From Lama glama (Eukaryota): a stretch of 64,000 bases of DNA. Below the pieces are notes generated by a model. The model was not told the DNA's origin. It did not search any database and worked only from the letters and a program-made list of their open reading frames with translations. A program made the translations under genes and the position numbers. The stretch is from positions 374,001 to 438,000 of the forward strand of contig CM052818.1 of the NCBI GenBank assembly GCA_028534125.1. The letters are read 5' to 3'. Positions 35,740 to 51,344 of the stretch are shown in pieces; position 1 is the stretch's first letter, and each line of letters starts with the position of its first letter.

Positions 35740-38520
35740 AAATTCATTCAGCAAATACGTATTGTGTATACCTACTAACTGCTTGACACTGTACAAATAA
35801 TAAGTAAAATGGCCCTTTATTATGGTTATGGGAGAAGATAGTCACAAGTAAAGAAATAAGTACACAGTCCCCAAAACAAGGAAATAGGGAAATTAAATAG
35901 AATAAGAGCTATCTGAGAAAGTAAGATTTACACTGAAACTTGAAGGGTGCTATAGAGCTGGTCATTCCAAGAGCCTAAAGCATACCATTTAGAACAGATG
36001 CAACTATGTTTTTGGAAGCTCTTAGGTAGGAAAGACCTTAGTGTGGTCTAGGGATCGAAAGGTCATTGTGTTTGGAGTACAGCAGGTGAAGAGGGACAAG
36101 GGCTACAGAGGAAGTTGGGGAGGCAGGCGTGGCTGAATCCTGCAGGATCTTACAGACCATGGTAGGGACGTTACATTTTATCTTGAGAGCAGTAGAAAGC
36201 CACTGAGAAGTTTTGAGTGAGGTTGTGACCTAACCTTACTTATATTTTAAAAATATACATTTTGGCTGCTAGGTGGTAAATGGTGGAGGGAGTGTTAAAA
36301 GAAGGCAGGGAGATTAGTTAGGCAACTCCTAACAACAGTTCAAGAGAGAGACTGGTGGCTTGAAGGCGCATGGTGGCCTGGAAGGGAGCAGATAGAGTCC
36401 ATGGAACGTCCTGGTAATTTGGGAAAGAAGATGGTATCAAGGTTGACCTCAGTTACTGCTTTGAGTAACTTAGGATGTTGGTCCATTTATTGAGATGGAG
36501 AGATGTGGTGTCCAAAAGGGGTTGGGTATTGGGGAGATTCTAGAGGGGAGGCCTGGCTTTTTGAAGTGTTAAGGTATTAAGCTTAAGGTATCTGTGAGAT
36601 ATCCAAGTAGAGATGAGCAGTAGGAGGTTGGATGTAGCAGTCTGAGCTCAGGAGAGGTCTGGGTTGGAGATACAAGCCCAGGAGTCCTCAACGGGTAGTT
36701 GGTTCTGAAGCCATGAGAACTGCTGAGACCTTCTAGTGCTGAGGTTCTTAATCTGGAGTCCGGGAACCCCACAGGGATTCATTCACTGGTAGAATTCAGG
36801 GTCCAAGAACTTGATTGGGAAAAACTTTTCTTGTTTTTACTAATCTCTAACTGAAATTTAGCATTTCCTTCAATTTTGAATGTAAGCCTCAAACCACAGT
36901 AGTATTAATATTTATAATTTTGTCACCAATAGAAATCAGGGTATTTTCATATTACATTATAATTGTTGCTGTATCTCAAAATAGCATTTATTCTTATCAC
37001 CACTTGAGAATTACAGTACACAATTATTTTTTTAACATTTTTTATTGATTTATAATCACTTTACAGTTTTGTGTCAAATTCCAGTGTTCAGCACAATTTT
37101 TCAGTCATTCATGGACATATACACACTCATTGTCACATTTTTTTCTCTGTGAGTTTTCATAACATTTTGTGTATATTTCCCTGTGCTATACAGTGTAATC
37201 TTGTTTATCTGTTCTACAATTTTGAAATCCCAGTCTATTGCTTCCCACCCTCCACCCCACTGGCAACCACAAGTCTGTATTCTCTGTCTATGAGTCTATT
37301 TCTGTCCTGTATTTATGCTTTGTTTTTGTTTGTTTGTTTGTTTGTTTTTGTTTTTGTTTTTTAGATTCCACATATGAGCGATCTCATATGGTATTTTTCT
37401 TCCTCTTTCTGGCTTACTTCACCTAGAATGACATTCTCCAGGAGCATCCATGTTGCTGCAAATGGCATTATGTTGTCGGTTTTTATGGCTGAGTAGTATT
37501 CCATTGTATATACAGTACACAATTGTTAAACCTACAACTAGATCCTGTTTTTTAATGTGTTTATAATACATAAATAAGCACATATTATAATTTTTAATAT
37601 TTTGAAAACTATTACAGTAGATTTGGGTTTTTTTGTACGCCTTCATATTTTATATCTTTAAAAAATTATTCTGAGAAGGATCCAGAGGCTTCATCAGATG
37701 TCAGAAGGATCCAGGACAATAAGATCAAGAAACCTTGCTAATGAGACTGTAGCATGAGAAGAAAGGGAGCGTAGGATGGAGCCCCAGGGTTGCTTAGTGG
37801 AGGGAGGGGCCAGTAGAGGGGACTTTGAAGGGAGATTCGGGAGGCAGGAGGAGGTCCAGGAGAGAATGGTGTCATGGGAACCAAAAGAGGTCAGTATTTT
37901 CAGGACAGTGGCCAACTGTGTCAGCTGGGTGAGGATTTGGTTTGATGTCATGATGTGATTGGTAATCTTGGTAAGCAATTTCACTGGAAGATTAAAGAGA
38001 CACTAAATTGGAGTGGATTGAAATGTGAACAGACAATAAGAAAATAGAGACCCTGAGTATAGTCCAGAGATTGGCAAACTTTTTCTGTAAAAGGGCCAGA
38101 TAGTAAATATTTTTGGCTTTGCAGGCAGTTTAATCTCTGTTGCAACCTCCACTCTGTAGTGTGAAAGCAAGACATAGATAATACATGAGTGAATGGGTGT
38201 GGCTATGTTCCTGTAAAACTTTATTTACAAAAACAGATGGCAAGCTGGATTTGACCTACTAGCCATAGTGTGCCAAGCCCTGACAGAGAAAACTCTTTGG
38301 AGAAGTTTGAATAGGAAGTAAAGTGGAAACCTGAGAAAGTAATTGAAGGCGGGCAGGGAGTACATGATTGTGTGTGTATGTGTATTTTAAGGTGGGAAAT
38401 TCTAGAGCATATTTTTTTTTTTCTGCTGATAGAAGGGATACTGTGGAGATGGAGAGGCTGATGGTACAGAAAAGAGAGCGATCAGTGTAGAAGTAAACCC
38501 CTAAATAGGCAAGAGGGTAG
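35740..38520 (-). mobile_element. Fragmented L2 hosting a Charlie-like DNA element (about 36738-37738) and a MER58-like element (about 38064-38283)
   Basis: L2 tail attcattcagcaaata, purine-rich L2 body, MER58 motif ggcaaactttttctgtaaaagggccagatagtaaatatt. Confidence 0.7.
37026..37510 (-). mobile_element. Young 5'-truncated L1 3' end
   Basis: T-tail followed by antisense L1 3'UTR; perfect 14-bp TSD TACAGTACACAATT (37012-37025 / 37511-37524). Confidence 0.9.
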
Positions 38521-41497
38521 TAGGATTAAGACTACACAGAAACTTAAGGCACTGATATTTTTCGGTAATATGGTATTTCTTTGAGTGATCTGCATATCAG
38601 TGTTAACAAGACCTGTGCAGGGAGTCTGTCCCTGTGTGAGGTGCTCTGCCCACAGGACCATTAAACGTGATGAGCCTGGCACAGAGGAGAGTCGAGTGAG
38701 AGGAGGGCAGAAGGTAGCAGCACATTCACTTAATTCGTCAGATCTGGGGTTTACTTTGGGACTTTGTTGGATTGGCTTGCCCTGAATCAATAAATGTAGC
38801 TACCTTCATTTTTCTCGCAGATATCTTCAAGACCCTAATTTTGATTCTGTGAACTGACAAGGCCTGGGAGGTACAAAAAAAGTTCTAGCTCAGTATTCTT
38901 GGTCTGTTTTTCTACCACATTTTCCTTGGTTTATTGCCGTCAGTAAGAACAGCTCACTTTGGCAATTATTATGACTAAGGAGAGAGGAAGGAGAGGGGTA
39001 GGCCTCTGCCTCACCACTCCTCTGCCTCCCCCCATGACTGAGTCACTGTGCTAGACCTTTTGTGGGTACTTTAATTCAGGAGCTTAAAAGGCATGTTTGT
39101 TCTTTTCCCTCAAGTAGTGAGGTGTCCTAATGATCTCAAGCACATTTCCCCCCGCAGAGACTTTCCCTGCTCTAGGAATGCTTTGCCTTTTGCAGACCCC
39201 ACCAGAGAAGAAGGAGCCTCAGCATATTAAATCAGTACATATTTTCATGGTGAGCACAGACAATAATCCAGGCAGTGGATTCTTTCACAGCTTTTTATGG
39301 TCATTGACTAGGCCACAGAGAGGAGAGTTACAGAGGACTTAGGCAACTCCGGTCTGCTGTGAGCCTCCCGCAATACAAACCTGCTTTCTGGAAGTGGTCT
39401 GTCACCTGCATAGAAAATGCTGACCCCCAGGTTGGGGGTTATGGACCGCAGAGGGTTTTCATCTGTGATCACGCTTACTCGGCTAACTAACTTTTAAGAT
39501 TGGAAGAAATTAGAGCCCTTAATACATCCATGTTACAGAATTTCTGCTTGACTTTTTGAAGTAGTTGTTTTTATGTAAAATTAATGTCTGTTCCTGATTA
39601 AAAATGTTTTTCAAACCATACAGCAAGGAAAATATTAAAGTGAAAAAAATTCCCATTCACCAGAGGTAATCACCGTTACGTTTCCTCTGTGTTTGTGTGT
39701 TTATTAAGAACGTGTTTATGCCTGTGCAAGCACGTGAGCCCATGTGTTTATCTTTTTTTCTTAAAGCATGATTGAGATCGTATAATACATTCTTTTCTGT
39801 GACTTGCTTTCTTAACAGTTGTATCTTCTGAAATCAGGACATGCTGATCCATCTCATTTTGCCTTAGGGCTCTTTCCTCTGCCGGGAACAGTCTTATTCC
39901 AGACTTCTTCATGGCTCACTCTTCCAGTCCTTACTTAAATGCCACCTTTTCAGCGATGCCTTTCTTAGCTGCCCTATCTAAAATGTCAGCTCCTCCGCTG
40001 TCCCTTCCTGTCTCCTTCTCTATTAATGACTTTTTCCTAGCATTGGTTGTCTGTATACTTTTTCTTCTGTTTATTGTCTGTTCCTCCACTGTAATGTACA
40101 CTCTGATGGGAATGAACCTGTGACTGAGTCATTCACTGCCAAATCCCCACAGTAATGTCTGGCCACGTAGTAGATGCTCAATAAATATTTGTTGAATGAA
40201 TGAGTGAGTGATTATGTTGTTTTTCACATTTGGGTACACCATAATTTATTAAATAATCCCCTGCTGATAGACATTTAGGTTTTCAGGTTTCCCTACTTTT
40301 GCAAACAATTCGGTATTGAATAGTCATACATATATTTTGTGTTATTGTGTAGGCTATACTCACAGAGGTAGCATTGTGAGTTTCAAGGGTGTAGACATTT
40401 AAAATTTTAAATGCTCATCTCCCACTCCCCTGCCTCCCCTAAGAAGAAAGGTGTTATCAAATTATAGTCCTGCTAAGAGTGTGTAAGGACACCTATTTCT
40501 CTCTGCCCTTGCCTACACTGGTTGTAATCAACTTTTAGGTCTTTGCCAGTCTGATAGATGAAAATGGTATCTCATCCCATTTTGAATTTCCTTCATTTAT
40601 AAGTAAAGTTGAGTACCGTTTTAAATAGTTACTTACCTTTTGTATTTACTTTTCTGTGTATCTCCCTTTTTCTGTTGTTCTGTTGAGTTGTTTTGCTTGT
40701 GTTTTTGCCAACGCACCTTTGTTTGCTTTGGTATATTTCCTCTCTCTAGGCTGCAACCAGATATAACCCAGAGAACAGTATACATCTGGGCCACAGCTAG
40801 TCTCTGCTTAGAAAATTTCTGACCCTGCTGTTAACATCTTCACCTTTTCTTCCTGCTTACATTTTTGTTTATTGGTAAAAACAATCACATAAACATATAG
40901 TAGATATTGGCTATGTGGTAGGCACTGTGCTCAGCACTTTATTTATTTGTTTTTTAAAATTTTTAGTGTCTTAGCAACCCTTTCAGGTAGTCTTAGTTTG
41001 TCTCCATATTTATAATTTTTATATATATATAGAGAGAGAGAGAGAGAGAAACTGAAAGATGGTGCCAGAGGTCACACAGCTAGTAAGTGGTTAAAGTCAG
41101 AATTTGAACCTAAACACAGTGGCTCCACAGCTTGCTGTCCTAACACGAAGCCCTTTTGCCTCCAGTACAGGCAATGGGTTATGTTGCCCATTCTGTTTTC
41201 AGGAGGCCCTTCTGCCCATATGTCCCCATTCAGAAAATTGACTGCAGTTACTGAAATAAGAGAAAGGTATTCATGTTCAGGTCTGGGAGTTTTATCTTTG
41301 CTTGTAAACTAGTTTTCATTACATGGTTCAAAATCAGAATAACGGAAAAAAGGTATATTTGGTGAAAAGTTTCACTTTTCAGTCTTGTATTATCTGCTCT
41401 ATTTCCCCTGCCCTCTACTTTTATTAGTTTCTGTATATACTTCCTGCATTACTTTATATATTTATAAGCAAAATAAATAAATACGTATACAAACATA

Positions 41498-41798
41498 CAG
41501 GCATACTTCATTTTATTGCACTTTGCAGGTGCTGCATTTTTTACAAATTGATGATTTGTGGCAACCTTGCATTGTCAGATGATGGTTAGCATTTTTCAGC
41601 AATAAAGTATTTTAATTAAAGTATGCTCTTTTTTAGACATACTGCTGTTGCACACTAAATAGACTACAGTATAGTGTAAGCATACTTTTATAAGCACTGG
41701 GAAACCAAAAAATTTCTGTGACTCACTTTATAGCAACATTTGCTTTATTGCAGTGGTCTGCAACCAAACCTGCAATATCTCCAAGATACGCCTCTGTG
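41498..41798 (+). mobile_element. Tigger1-type internally deleted DNA transposon
   Basis: TA-CAGGCATAC start, Tigger1 ends (gctttattgcagtggtctg...aatatctccaagatacgcct). Confidence 0.8.
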
Positions 41799-43480
41799 TA
41801 ATTTTCCCCTTTCTTACACATAAGTTATATATTATTATACTTTTTTACACTTTGTTTTTTCAGTCAGCTCATCCAAGTTTTTTAGGACAGTTTTGTTCAT
41901 CAGCTGTGTATTCAGTGCCTCTTCATACAAGGCACTGTGCTGGCTTTAGAGGAATAAACAAAGAAGCATGAGACACAGAAATCTCTGGCCCTCGGGAACT
42001 TTAAAGTTCTTCAGGCTGAGAGCGTAAGTGAAAATAAAGCATGGTGTTTAAATGGCATGGCAGTATTAGTTGAGAACACTCAGCCTGTTGAAGGTAGTGA
42101 ACACGTACCTTGGTCTTCACAGTCCCTGAATTACAGATCTCTTGAACACAAGACCTTTGTCTTATTTATCTTAATATCCTCTTCAGGTCTTTATGGTTGA
42201 AAATGAATCTGTGTTTGTTTCAAGTATGGACTTCAGGGAAACTTTTATACATTTTTCATGAACCCAAAGAAAGATTTTTTTAGAATTAGCTTGGAATTCA
42301 TCCCTGCCTAAGAGGCCTTGTCAAATTGGATTGAAATGAAATTTTCACGTGACTAATACAGAACTGAAGGAGGACAGCGTATCTGTTGAGGGGTCTGCTT
42401 TGGTGGGGATCTTCTTCTTTCCCTTTACTGAGGTTTCCCCCTTCATTTACTCCTACCCACGGGCAGAAAGTAGGAGAGCCACTTAATCCCAACTATATTA
42501 TAGTATTTCATGGCTGTGGCCAAGCTACCCTTAATTTATTTGTTTTGGGTCTCAGTTTGTGTTTGTTACAACTTAATTCAATTAAAAGACATTTTTGTTC
42601 AGAACCCCTCCAACAGTTCTGGACATCCCAGGAGCCATGAGGAGGCAGTATGATCTAGTGGCTGGGAGTAGACACTGGAGCTGGCCTGCTGGCATTGAAA
42701 TTCTGAACTCGCCACTTTTGACTATGACAAGTTACTGAATCTCTGCTTGTTTTCACTGTCCCCAAATAGACATCATAAATGTTAGAGGTCTATGAATTGA
42801 TTCAGTTTATTTTTCCCACTGAGCTTTCCAGCCAAGGACAAGAACTGAAAGAGAAAATCTAGCGCCGTGTTTCTCTCAGCATTTTTCCTCAGAGATGATG
42901 ATGCAATCACACGTGTAACACGCACATGTTACACACATACAGCACATGTACTATCTAAGCATCTCAGTGCTTAGTCTGATGCAGGGAGTATTCTTCTTGG
43001 AAATAATATGAGTTCTAAAGAAAAAAGCCAACATTAAAAGTCACACAGAGCTAAGACTAGTAAAAGAACACGGTTTTTCTCTTAGCCTCCTGCCCTTGGC
43101 TGCCAAACCGTTCTCTGAAGAATGATTTGTGACAGAAACCTTTTCCTTTGGAAGCCTGTCACTGTCCCAACAAGAAAAGAATCTTCTTCAGAGGTCTATT
43201 TTTGGGCACAGGATAGGCTTTTCCCCCCATCTTTTCTGTAGTAGGAGTCTAGTGTTTGCTGCGGCACACCTGATTTGGGAGAAGAGGAAAACACTCTGCT
43301 GGTCCTTACAGGGCTGAAGATGGGTGGGGAACGTGGGCTGTCAGGGTGTGCCTGTTAGCCATGCATGTCTGCAGACCCATCACGTAGTCGCAGTGGGATC
43401 AGCGAGCTGCATTGTTTCGGAGTCTTTTGGACATTTGGACATTTTCTTTGCATCACAATCATTCTGATCTGTTCCCTTAG

Positions 43481-43556
43481 GCTCTTTATTGAGAAACTAC
43501 CAAAGCATCGAGATTACAAATCGGCTGTCATCCCTGAAAAGAAAGACACAGTAAAG
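43481..43556 (+). CDS. STAMBP: STAMBP coding exon 2 (76 nt)
   Basis: cccttag|G LFIEKLPKHRDYKSAVIPEKKDTVK |gtgagt. Confidence 0.98.
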
Positions 43557-43845
43557 GTGAGTCTTCACACTCACTGATGGCCATCTAAAAGCTTCACGGC
43601 GGCACAGACTAACTGCTAGGTACAAGTAGCAGCCGTGTCTGCATCTGAGCATCAACACCTGCAAATAGGACATAAGGCCATTTCATTAGATCAGTCATGA
43701 AGTATCAGGTATGGTATAGGGGGTATTTTAAATTAACTTAAATTTAAATTTAAATTATTTAAATGTTTTTAGGAACATTGTTGCCATTGTCAAGTTGACT
43801 TAAGTCTTTTTACTTCTCTACTTAATTAGCTGGGAATTATTCTAA

Positions 43846-43977
<132 letters not shown>

Positions 43978-45092
43978 TAACAGCAAAAAAAAAAGGAAAT
44001 TATTTTGGTTTCTTAGGCTGTGTGCCCTAGGATTCTGATATGACATTTCAGTAGATCCTTTGATTTTAATGTAATGTTTTATTTTTTTTGGACAAAGGCC
44101 AGAAACTCAAGAAAGGTGTTTAAGCTGAGGATTTTGGTACAGATTTAGCCTGCTTGTCCAAGAAGATGACTTGAGGGACAGAAAATCTATTGCTTGTCTG
44201 CTGTGTCTAGAGTGAGAACCTAAGAACAAAGAAAACTGTCACTAAAACAGAGGGGTTTTAGCTCAGCGAATTTGGGGAGATTTGATTCACATTTGGTTAT
44301 ATTTGAAACAGGTTATACCTGTTTATTATAATTGGGGTGTTTTTCCAAGCTATTTTCAAGTGATTCTTGTTTGTAAAACTCAGTTAAAGCACATGGAAAA
44401 ACTCCCAAGGCAGTGTCAGTGGCCTGTGGCAGATGAGAATACACACTGCAGGCACTCCCATGGTATTCTGTGGCACTGTGTTAGCTCTCTTCTGGACTCT
44501 GATGCTGAACCCTGGCAGGGAGGTACACAGCAGTGTGTTTCTAAGGTACCGAATGAGTGAAAACCTTCATGAAGCAGATTGTTGCTTGATATTTCTTGTT
44601 AAAATGCTACTCTATATTGTACTGACCACCAGAAAAATTTCAGAGGCTTCATTTTGGGTTAAAATTGAATAGAGACTCCCACCAGAGCAGGTGTAAGCTG
44701 GGATTTGGTTCTATTTCACAGCCTTACTTGGGAAACACTGTATACAAGGCGGCGCACTTAGAGAATGAAATTGTGTGGCACAGATTATGAGGTGCAGACA
44801 GTAAGTTGCATTGGGATTTTGGTAGAGAAGAAAATGCATTAGTTAGAGTCATTGGAAAGTGTCTTGAGAGGATGGGGACTTTAACTGTCCTTGAAGAATA
44901 GGTTTACAGGGACTCTCAGAAAGGCAGGAGTGGGTGTAGAGGTACTGAGGGAAGCATGAATTGTGTGTCAGGAAATCAGGCTACAGCAGAAGCGCATTTG
45001 GGGAAATCTCCCTGCTGGAAAGCCTCGTCCTCCTAAGGTGTGAAATCCCCTGAGTGTAAAGTGTTAGCCTAACTCCTGTTCTTTCTTCGTAG

Positions 45093-45557
<465 letters not shown>

Positions 45558-46447
45558 TGAGGCTCTGGTCACAGAAATCCATCGATCAGTATTACCATGC
45601 TGTGTTCTATCACAGCTGTATTATATAGTGGCCTTAGCTTAAGCCATATAACTTACCTGAGCCAGGTCGATTTTCCGAAGAGCTAATAATATCCTTGAAA
45701 GTCAGACCTTCAGCTCTTAAGAGTTATACAGAGATTTGAAATGTCCAGTGAACTAGAGACCACTGTTGACCTTCTGTAAAGGAAATTTGACATTTATAGT
45801 ACTACTTTGTAATTCAACAACTGCCTTTTAAAAGATAAAAGAGAGCTACTGACTTGTGCTTGCCCTGCAAACATTCCTAATCCTTAAGGAGCTTACGCAA
45901 GGTAAATATTGTATGTAGTCAGGGATAATTCAGTCTAGCCATAAAAACTGTTGAGTCTTTCCTCCTCTCACCAGTGAACAGCTATCTGAGAAAAATGTTG
46001 AGTATGCCTTGGTTATTAGAATAAATCTTTTTGTTAGGAATTGTCTTTCAAGTAGTCATTTAAGGAATTCAGCTTTACAAAAGATCCACCTGAAAGGACA
46101 GTGTAAGAGTGGGCGAGGGGTGCTGGACTCTGAAGCCTGGCCTTCAGGTTCTCCCCATGTACTCGGCAGGATTGTCTCTCACTGTTATTCCTGAACAGCT
46201 CAGAAGCTTCTTTTAAGTGGTAGTTTACCCTTGTCTTAACTTGAATGATTAAAGCCTCTTTTCTGTTCTTGAAATAGCGTACTCCCAATGGTTGTGGCCA
46301 GAGGTTGGAGAGACTTTGCAGCCCCCCCTTTTTTTTTGCCATTTACTTCTTACAGTTGGGGGGACCCCAGTGATCTGGCATTGCTCGGAGGTCTGCTTGG
46401 GGAGGCTCTGCCCCAGGGCTCAGACTTTCCTTCTTTCTCCATCACAG

Positions 46448-46572
46448 CCCCCACAATCGATGGACTGCGCCACGTGGTGGTACCTGGGAAGCTCTGCCCC
46501 CAGTTTCTCCAGCTGGCCAGTGCCAACACTGCCCGGGGAGTAGAGACCTGTGGAATTCTCTGTGGAAAACTG
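46448..46572 (+). CDS. STAMBP: STAMBP coding exon 5 (125 nt), start of the MPN/JAMM domain
   Basis: cacag|[43 protein letters not shown] |gtaaaa; includes the catalytic Glu of GVETCG. Confidence 0.98.
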
Positions 46573-47436
46573 GTAAAAAAAAAAAAAAGCTTTCCTGAGC
46601 TGACACTGTTTCTTCCCTCTTGGCCTGTGACGCTCAGAGAAGATACCCAGGATCCGTTACCCTTTGTGCCTATCCCTCTGCCAAAGGCGCCATGGACAGC
46701 ATAGTGCAATGTCACCTTCAATTTGCTTACCCTGTATTTGATTGATTTTCAGAGTCCCTTGAATTGGAATGATGATTTTAATATTAGTATTAGGAAATGC
46801 CTAATTCTAAACTTGGTAGGAAGATCCTGTCTATCAGTTTTTGAGCATCGGCTTTATGATAGGACCTGGGAACGTGAACTATGTAAGGCACATAGCCTGT
46901 ATACACAGAAAGTACCCGAGCACTTAGGAGGGATGGGAGATGCACACCAAGAGCTAAGCAGCATGCTGACTTACTAAAAACAAAACAAAACCAAACACTG
47001 CAAATTATGAGGAAGGAAGGATCATTACATGGAGTTACTTAAAGAACCCATTTAAACTGCTGAATAAATTAGTGAATAAAGTGGAATAGACTCAAACTGA
47101 ACCTTAAAGGTTGGGAAGGGCTTAGAGAAACAGTAAAAGGAAACTACTTTAGACATAACAAAGGAAGAGAAATGGTGCTGTACCCAGAGCTTCTCAAGAA
47201 CCACGAGTAGACCTGTTTGGCTGCAGCAGGAAATTCCCACAGGGCTGTGAGCATCTGTGGCTTTGCCGAGTGCCCCAGGCAGTGCGCGTGGGCAGCCAGG
47301 GGTGTGAACCGCTAACTTGAAGGACTCACCTCCCAAGAAGACGCACACCGGGGGAAGGGCTTTCCCTTGTATAGATGCTGACGGATGGGGGCTGCCTAAA
47401 CACCAGGGGACTGTGACGAGCTGTTTTCTCATTTGA

Positions 47437-47622
<186 letters not shown>

Positions 47623-48138
47623 TGATGTTATAAACACACTGCTTGCTTTTCTCTTGGAGCAAAGTGAGTTGTAGCTAGATTATTTAGCTGACTGTTTTTC
47701 CCTCTGCTGGATGCAGACTTGACTTCTCTAGCATACTTAACTGCTTGCACTCCAGTATTGATTTCTGGAAACTACTTAGGGCTTTTTAATTTTTAAAAAA
47801 AGGTAATAAAAGTGAACTTGTTTCCCTAAAGTCCCAGTTTCCCTGTGAACGTGAATGAGGATAGGATGCTAGCCTAGAACATATGTGGACATTGACTGTA
47901 GAGGTTATGCCTTACTATATATGAATGCTGTTCCTCAAAGGCATATAAATAAAAACATTTTAAATGAGCCAAGGAAGTTAATTCAGATGTTTACATTGGT
48001 CTTTCTTAAAGCAGCATATACCTTTATATAAATCAGAAGGGCCACCAATATAGGTGATTTTCAAGTGTCTGTATATCGTATACAGTCTTCTGGTAATATT
48101 CAGGTAAACCATAATTCCATCTCTAAAGATTACTTCTT

Positions 48139-48275
48139 TTTTAAAAAAAAATTTTTTTGGCGGGGGTTAGGTAATTAGATTTGTTTATTTATTTTCAGAG
48201 GAGGTACTGGGGATTGAACCCAGGACCTCATGTATGCTAGGCAAGTGCTCTACCACTTGAGCTATACTCTCCCCC
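48139..48275 (-). mobile_element. tRNA-derived SINE (Vic-1-like)
   Basis: Antisense SINE; TSD CTCTA(A/G)AGATTACTTCTT (48121-48138 / 48277-48294). Confidence 0.9.
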
Positions 48276-50405
48276 ACTCTAGAGATTACTTCTTAATTTT
48301 TCTTTCTGTTCCTTTTCAACCCCTCATTCTCATAGACCAAGCTGTTTTTCATGTTGTGTGACAGGGTTGCATTCAAACAAGTCAGCTCATTTCTGGATTT
48401 GAGAAGATTGCACGTACTTGTCTGTTAGAATTTGGGAAATACTGACCCGTGAGGCTGTCCCGTGCCCCTGTGTCCTTTCACAGATATTTGCCTTCTGTTG
48501 TGTGTCCTCCATTATAGTACATGGGGGTAGAAAACTTGTATTTATCTGCCAGGGGATACAAACTTGAGTAAGATATGATGTTAGTCTCACAAGGAAGATT
48601 GACAAATAGACAAGTCATAGCTCTTCATGTGAGGCAAGTGCCTCAAGAGGTGCGAACAGCACTGTGGAATTCAGAGGAGGGAGAGATGACACCTGGGGTG
48701 ATTTACTAGAATTCTGACAAGATGGGCCAGGGGGAAGTTCCGTATGGGGGGGACAGCATTGGACTAGGCAGACTGCGTTCGTGGAGCATCGAGTGGTCCA
48801 GCTTGCTGGGGTTTGTGGTTCCTATCAGGAAACAGTAGAGGATAAGCTTTAACATGATACATTAGGAACAGTGTTCTGGAGGGTTTGGGGGGGACAGACA
48901 GCATAGTTCTGCTTTTTAGTGCATAGGTTGAGACAGGGAGATCATTTAAGAGATTAGTGTGGTAATAACATCTCATAATGATGAGAGCTAGGGTGATGGC
49001 AGCATATTTGGAAAGGAAGAGATAAATGTAGGATATAAGAGCATGTGGGGAGTGAGTAAGAGAGGATGATGATTAAAGGCGATGACTTAAGAGATTTCAG
49101 GCAGTGATCATCTCACAAGCAGAAACAGAGGCTTCAGTAGGAGAACTTACTTGAAAGTGGGGCAAATGGTGTTTTCAGTTCTGAGTCTGTTGAATTTAAG
49201 ATACTGGTCAGACAGTGGGGGTATCTATCAGGCAGTTGAAACTTGGGAACAAGGTCAAGGTGGGAAAGGGAACTGGGAAACCTCTGTGTAGAGCTGACCT
49301 TAGAAGCCTAGGAACTGGAGGAGAGCAGAGAACAAGAAGAGATTCCCTGACAGCTTGAAGGACAGGCCACCTAGCGGAGCACAGGGAATAGTCAGTCATG
49401 AAGCAGAGAGATGTAAGAGAAGCGTGAGGCTAACATTAAGGTACCGAAGCCAGAGGAGGAGGAACATTTTAAGAAGAAACTTCAGGATGTTAAACTATGT
49501 CCCACGCTGCGGAGAGCTCCAGAATGATGAAGGCTTGAATGAGCCTGTTGGATTTGATGAGATAATTGATGAACTCAGTTTAGTGGGGTTTTTAGGCAGT
49601 GGTGGGAGTAGATTATAAGGGTTTAAGAAGTAATAGAAGTAATGGAGATTGAGGTTGTCGTGATAGTGAAGTATACACTAATTTTTTGAAGAGTGTAGCC
49701 CTAGAGGAAAGGAAAGAGACGGGATGGTGGCTTAAGGAATAGCCAGGTTGAGAGACAGTTTGCCTGATTTATGGTTTAGTGTGAAAATACGTGTTCTGTT
49801 TTGATTTTTTTTCAAAACCTTTATCTTTGACATAGAACACATATAAGAAAGTACATAAACTAAAGATAAACTTTAATGAATTTAGATGGTGATTTCCCTC
49901 AAATTTCAATATCTTGGTCCTTTTGCCAAATAAGACAGTGTCCTTTGTGGATTTAACTCCCCACTGAAATCCCAGTCACCATCTTTCTCTCATATCTTTG
50001 GCTTTTTTTGCCTTTTGAGCCCCAGACTCATGCTTGACCTTTTAACATGTATGTCCAGAAGAAGAATCATTCAGCGGACTGTGGCTTGTGCAGCCCGTGA
50101 CGCCTACCACGTTGAAGTGCTGGGCAGCATGTGCTTTCTGTTCCAGTAGGACATTGTGTAGAGAGAGCTTGTGAGGAGCCAGATAAGTCCTGGTGGTCAG
50201 TTAGAAACTGAGTCTCTTCACAGACTCATGTTAAGCTATACTTGTTTGCAATGCTGGGAAGGAAGTTCATTACTTACTAGGAACTTCAGATCTATTCCTC
50301 AGGGCTGCTAATGGCTTTGTATTTAAGGAGATTATGGCAAGTTACTGAGAATTATTTGGCTCTGCTTTCCTTCGTGGACCAGGCTTGGCTGTGTATTCTC
50401 ACTAA

Positions 50406-50549
<144 letters not shown>

Positions 50550-51098
50550 TAAGTACACAGGATGCGTTTCAGGGTTTCACAAGGAGATAGTAGGGGAAAA
50601 GCTTCAGGAAAAGGTCTCCATTCTTAAGACCTTATTCTCCATAAAATATATAGATTGTGGTATTGATTGGCTTTTTCCAAAGGCTTCCTCTTAAGCTCTC
50701 TATTCCTAATAAGCCTGGTCTACTGGTTTACAAAGTGTCACAGCAATGACCGAGGTGCTTTTCTAAGAAAGGGACACACGAAATTTGAAGTGTTTGACTT
50801 GAAGCAGTAGGAATTTCAAGAGATTGATTTCAGATTAGAGAATTCCAAAATCCATAAACTACGTCCAAAAGTTAACTTCTTTTTTATTCTAAATCCTGGT
50901 TTTTAACTATGAATTCTCCCAGCAAAACTAGCGTGGTGGAAGCGATGAGCTCTCTAACTCTGATGCATTCCCCAGAGAAGAGGCCTGTGAGCTGGCGCAC
51001 TTGTGAAGCTGTCTCACAATGAGCTGTGCCCTGCTCTGTGTGTGTGTGGTTGAGGGGACGCCTTTGCTTGATTCTGGACCTGCCTTTTCTTGTTTCAG

Positions 51099-51198
51099 AA
51101 CTGGATTCTTTAGACTAACTGACCACGGACTAGAAGAGATTTCTTCCTGTCGCCAGAAGGGCTTTCATCCACACAGCAAGGAGCCGCCCCTCTTCTGT
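51099..51198 (+). CDS. STAMBP: STAMBP coding exon 8 (100 nt)
   Basis: tttcag|[34 protein letters not shown] |gtaggt. Confidence 0.98.
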
Positions 51199-51344
51199 GT
51201 AGGTATCCACGTAGAAGAAATCGGAGCTGTGCTGCAAGCAGGGAGGGCAGTCAGAGCTGACGAGGCGTGTTGCCCTTTCTGACCCTCGTAGAAGATCAGC
51301 CTTGTCAGTTGCTTTTCCACATCTCCCTAGTAGACGTTCGGGGG

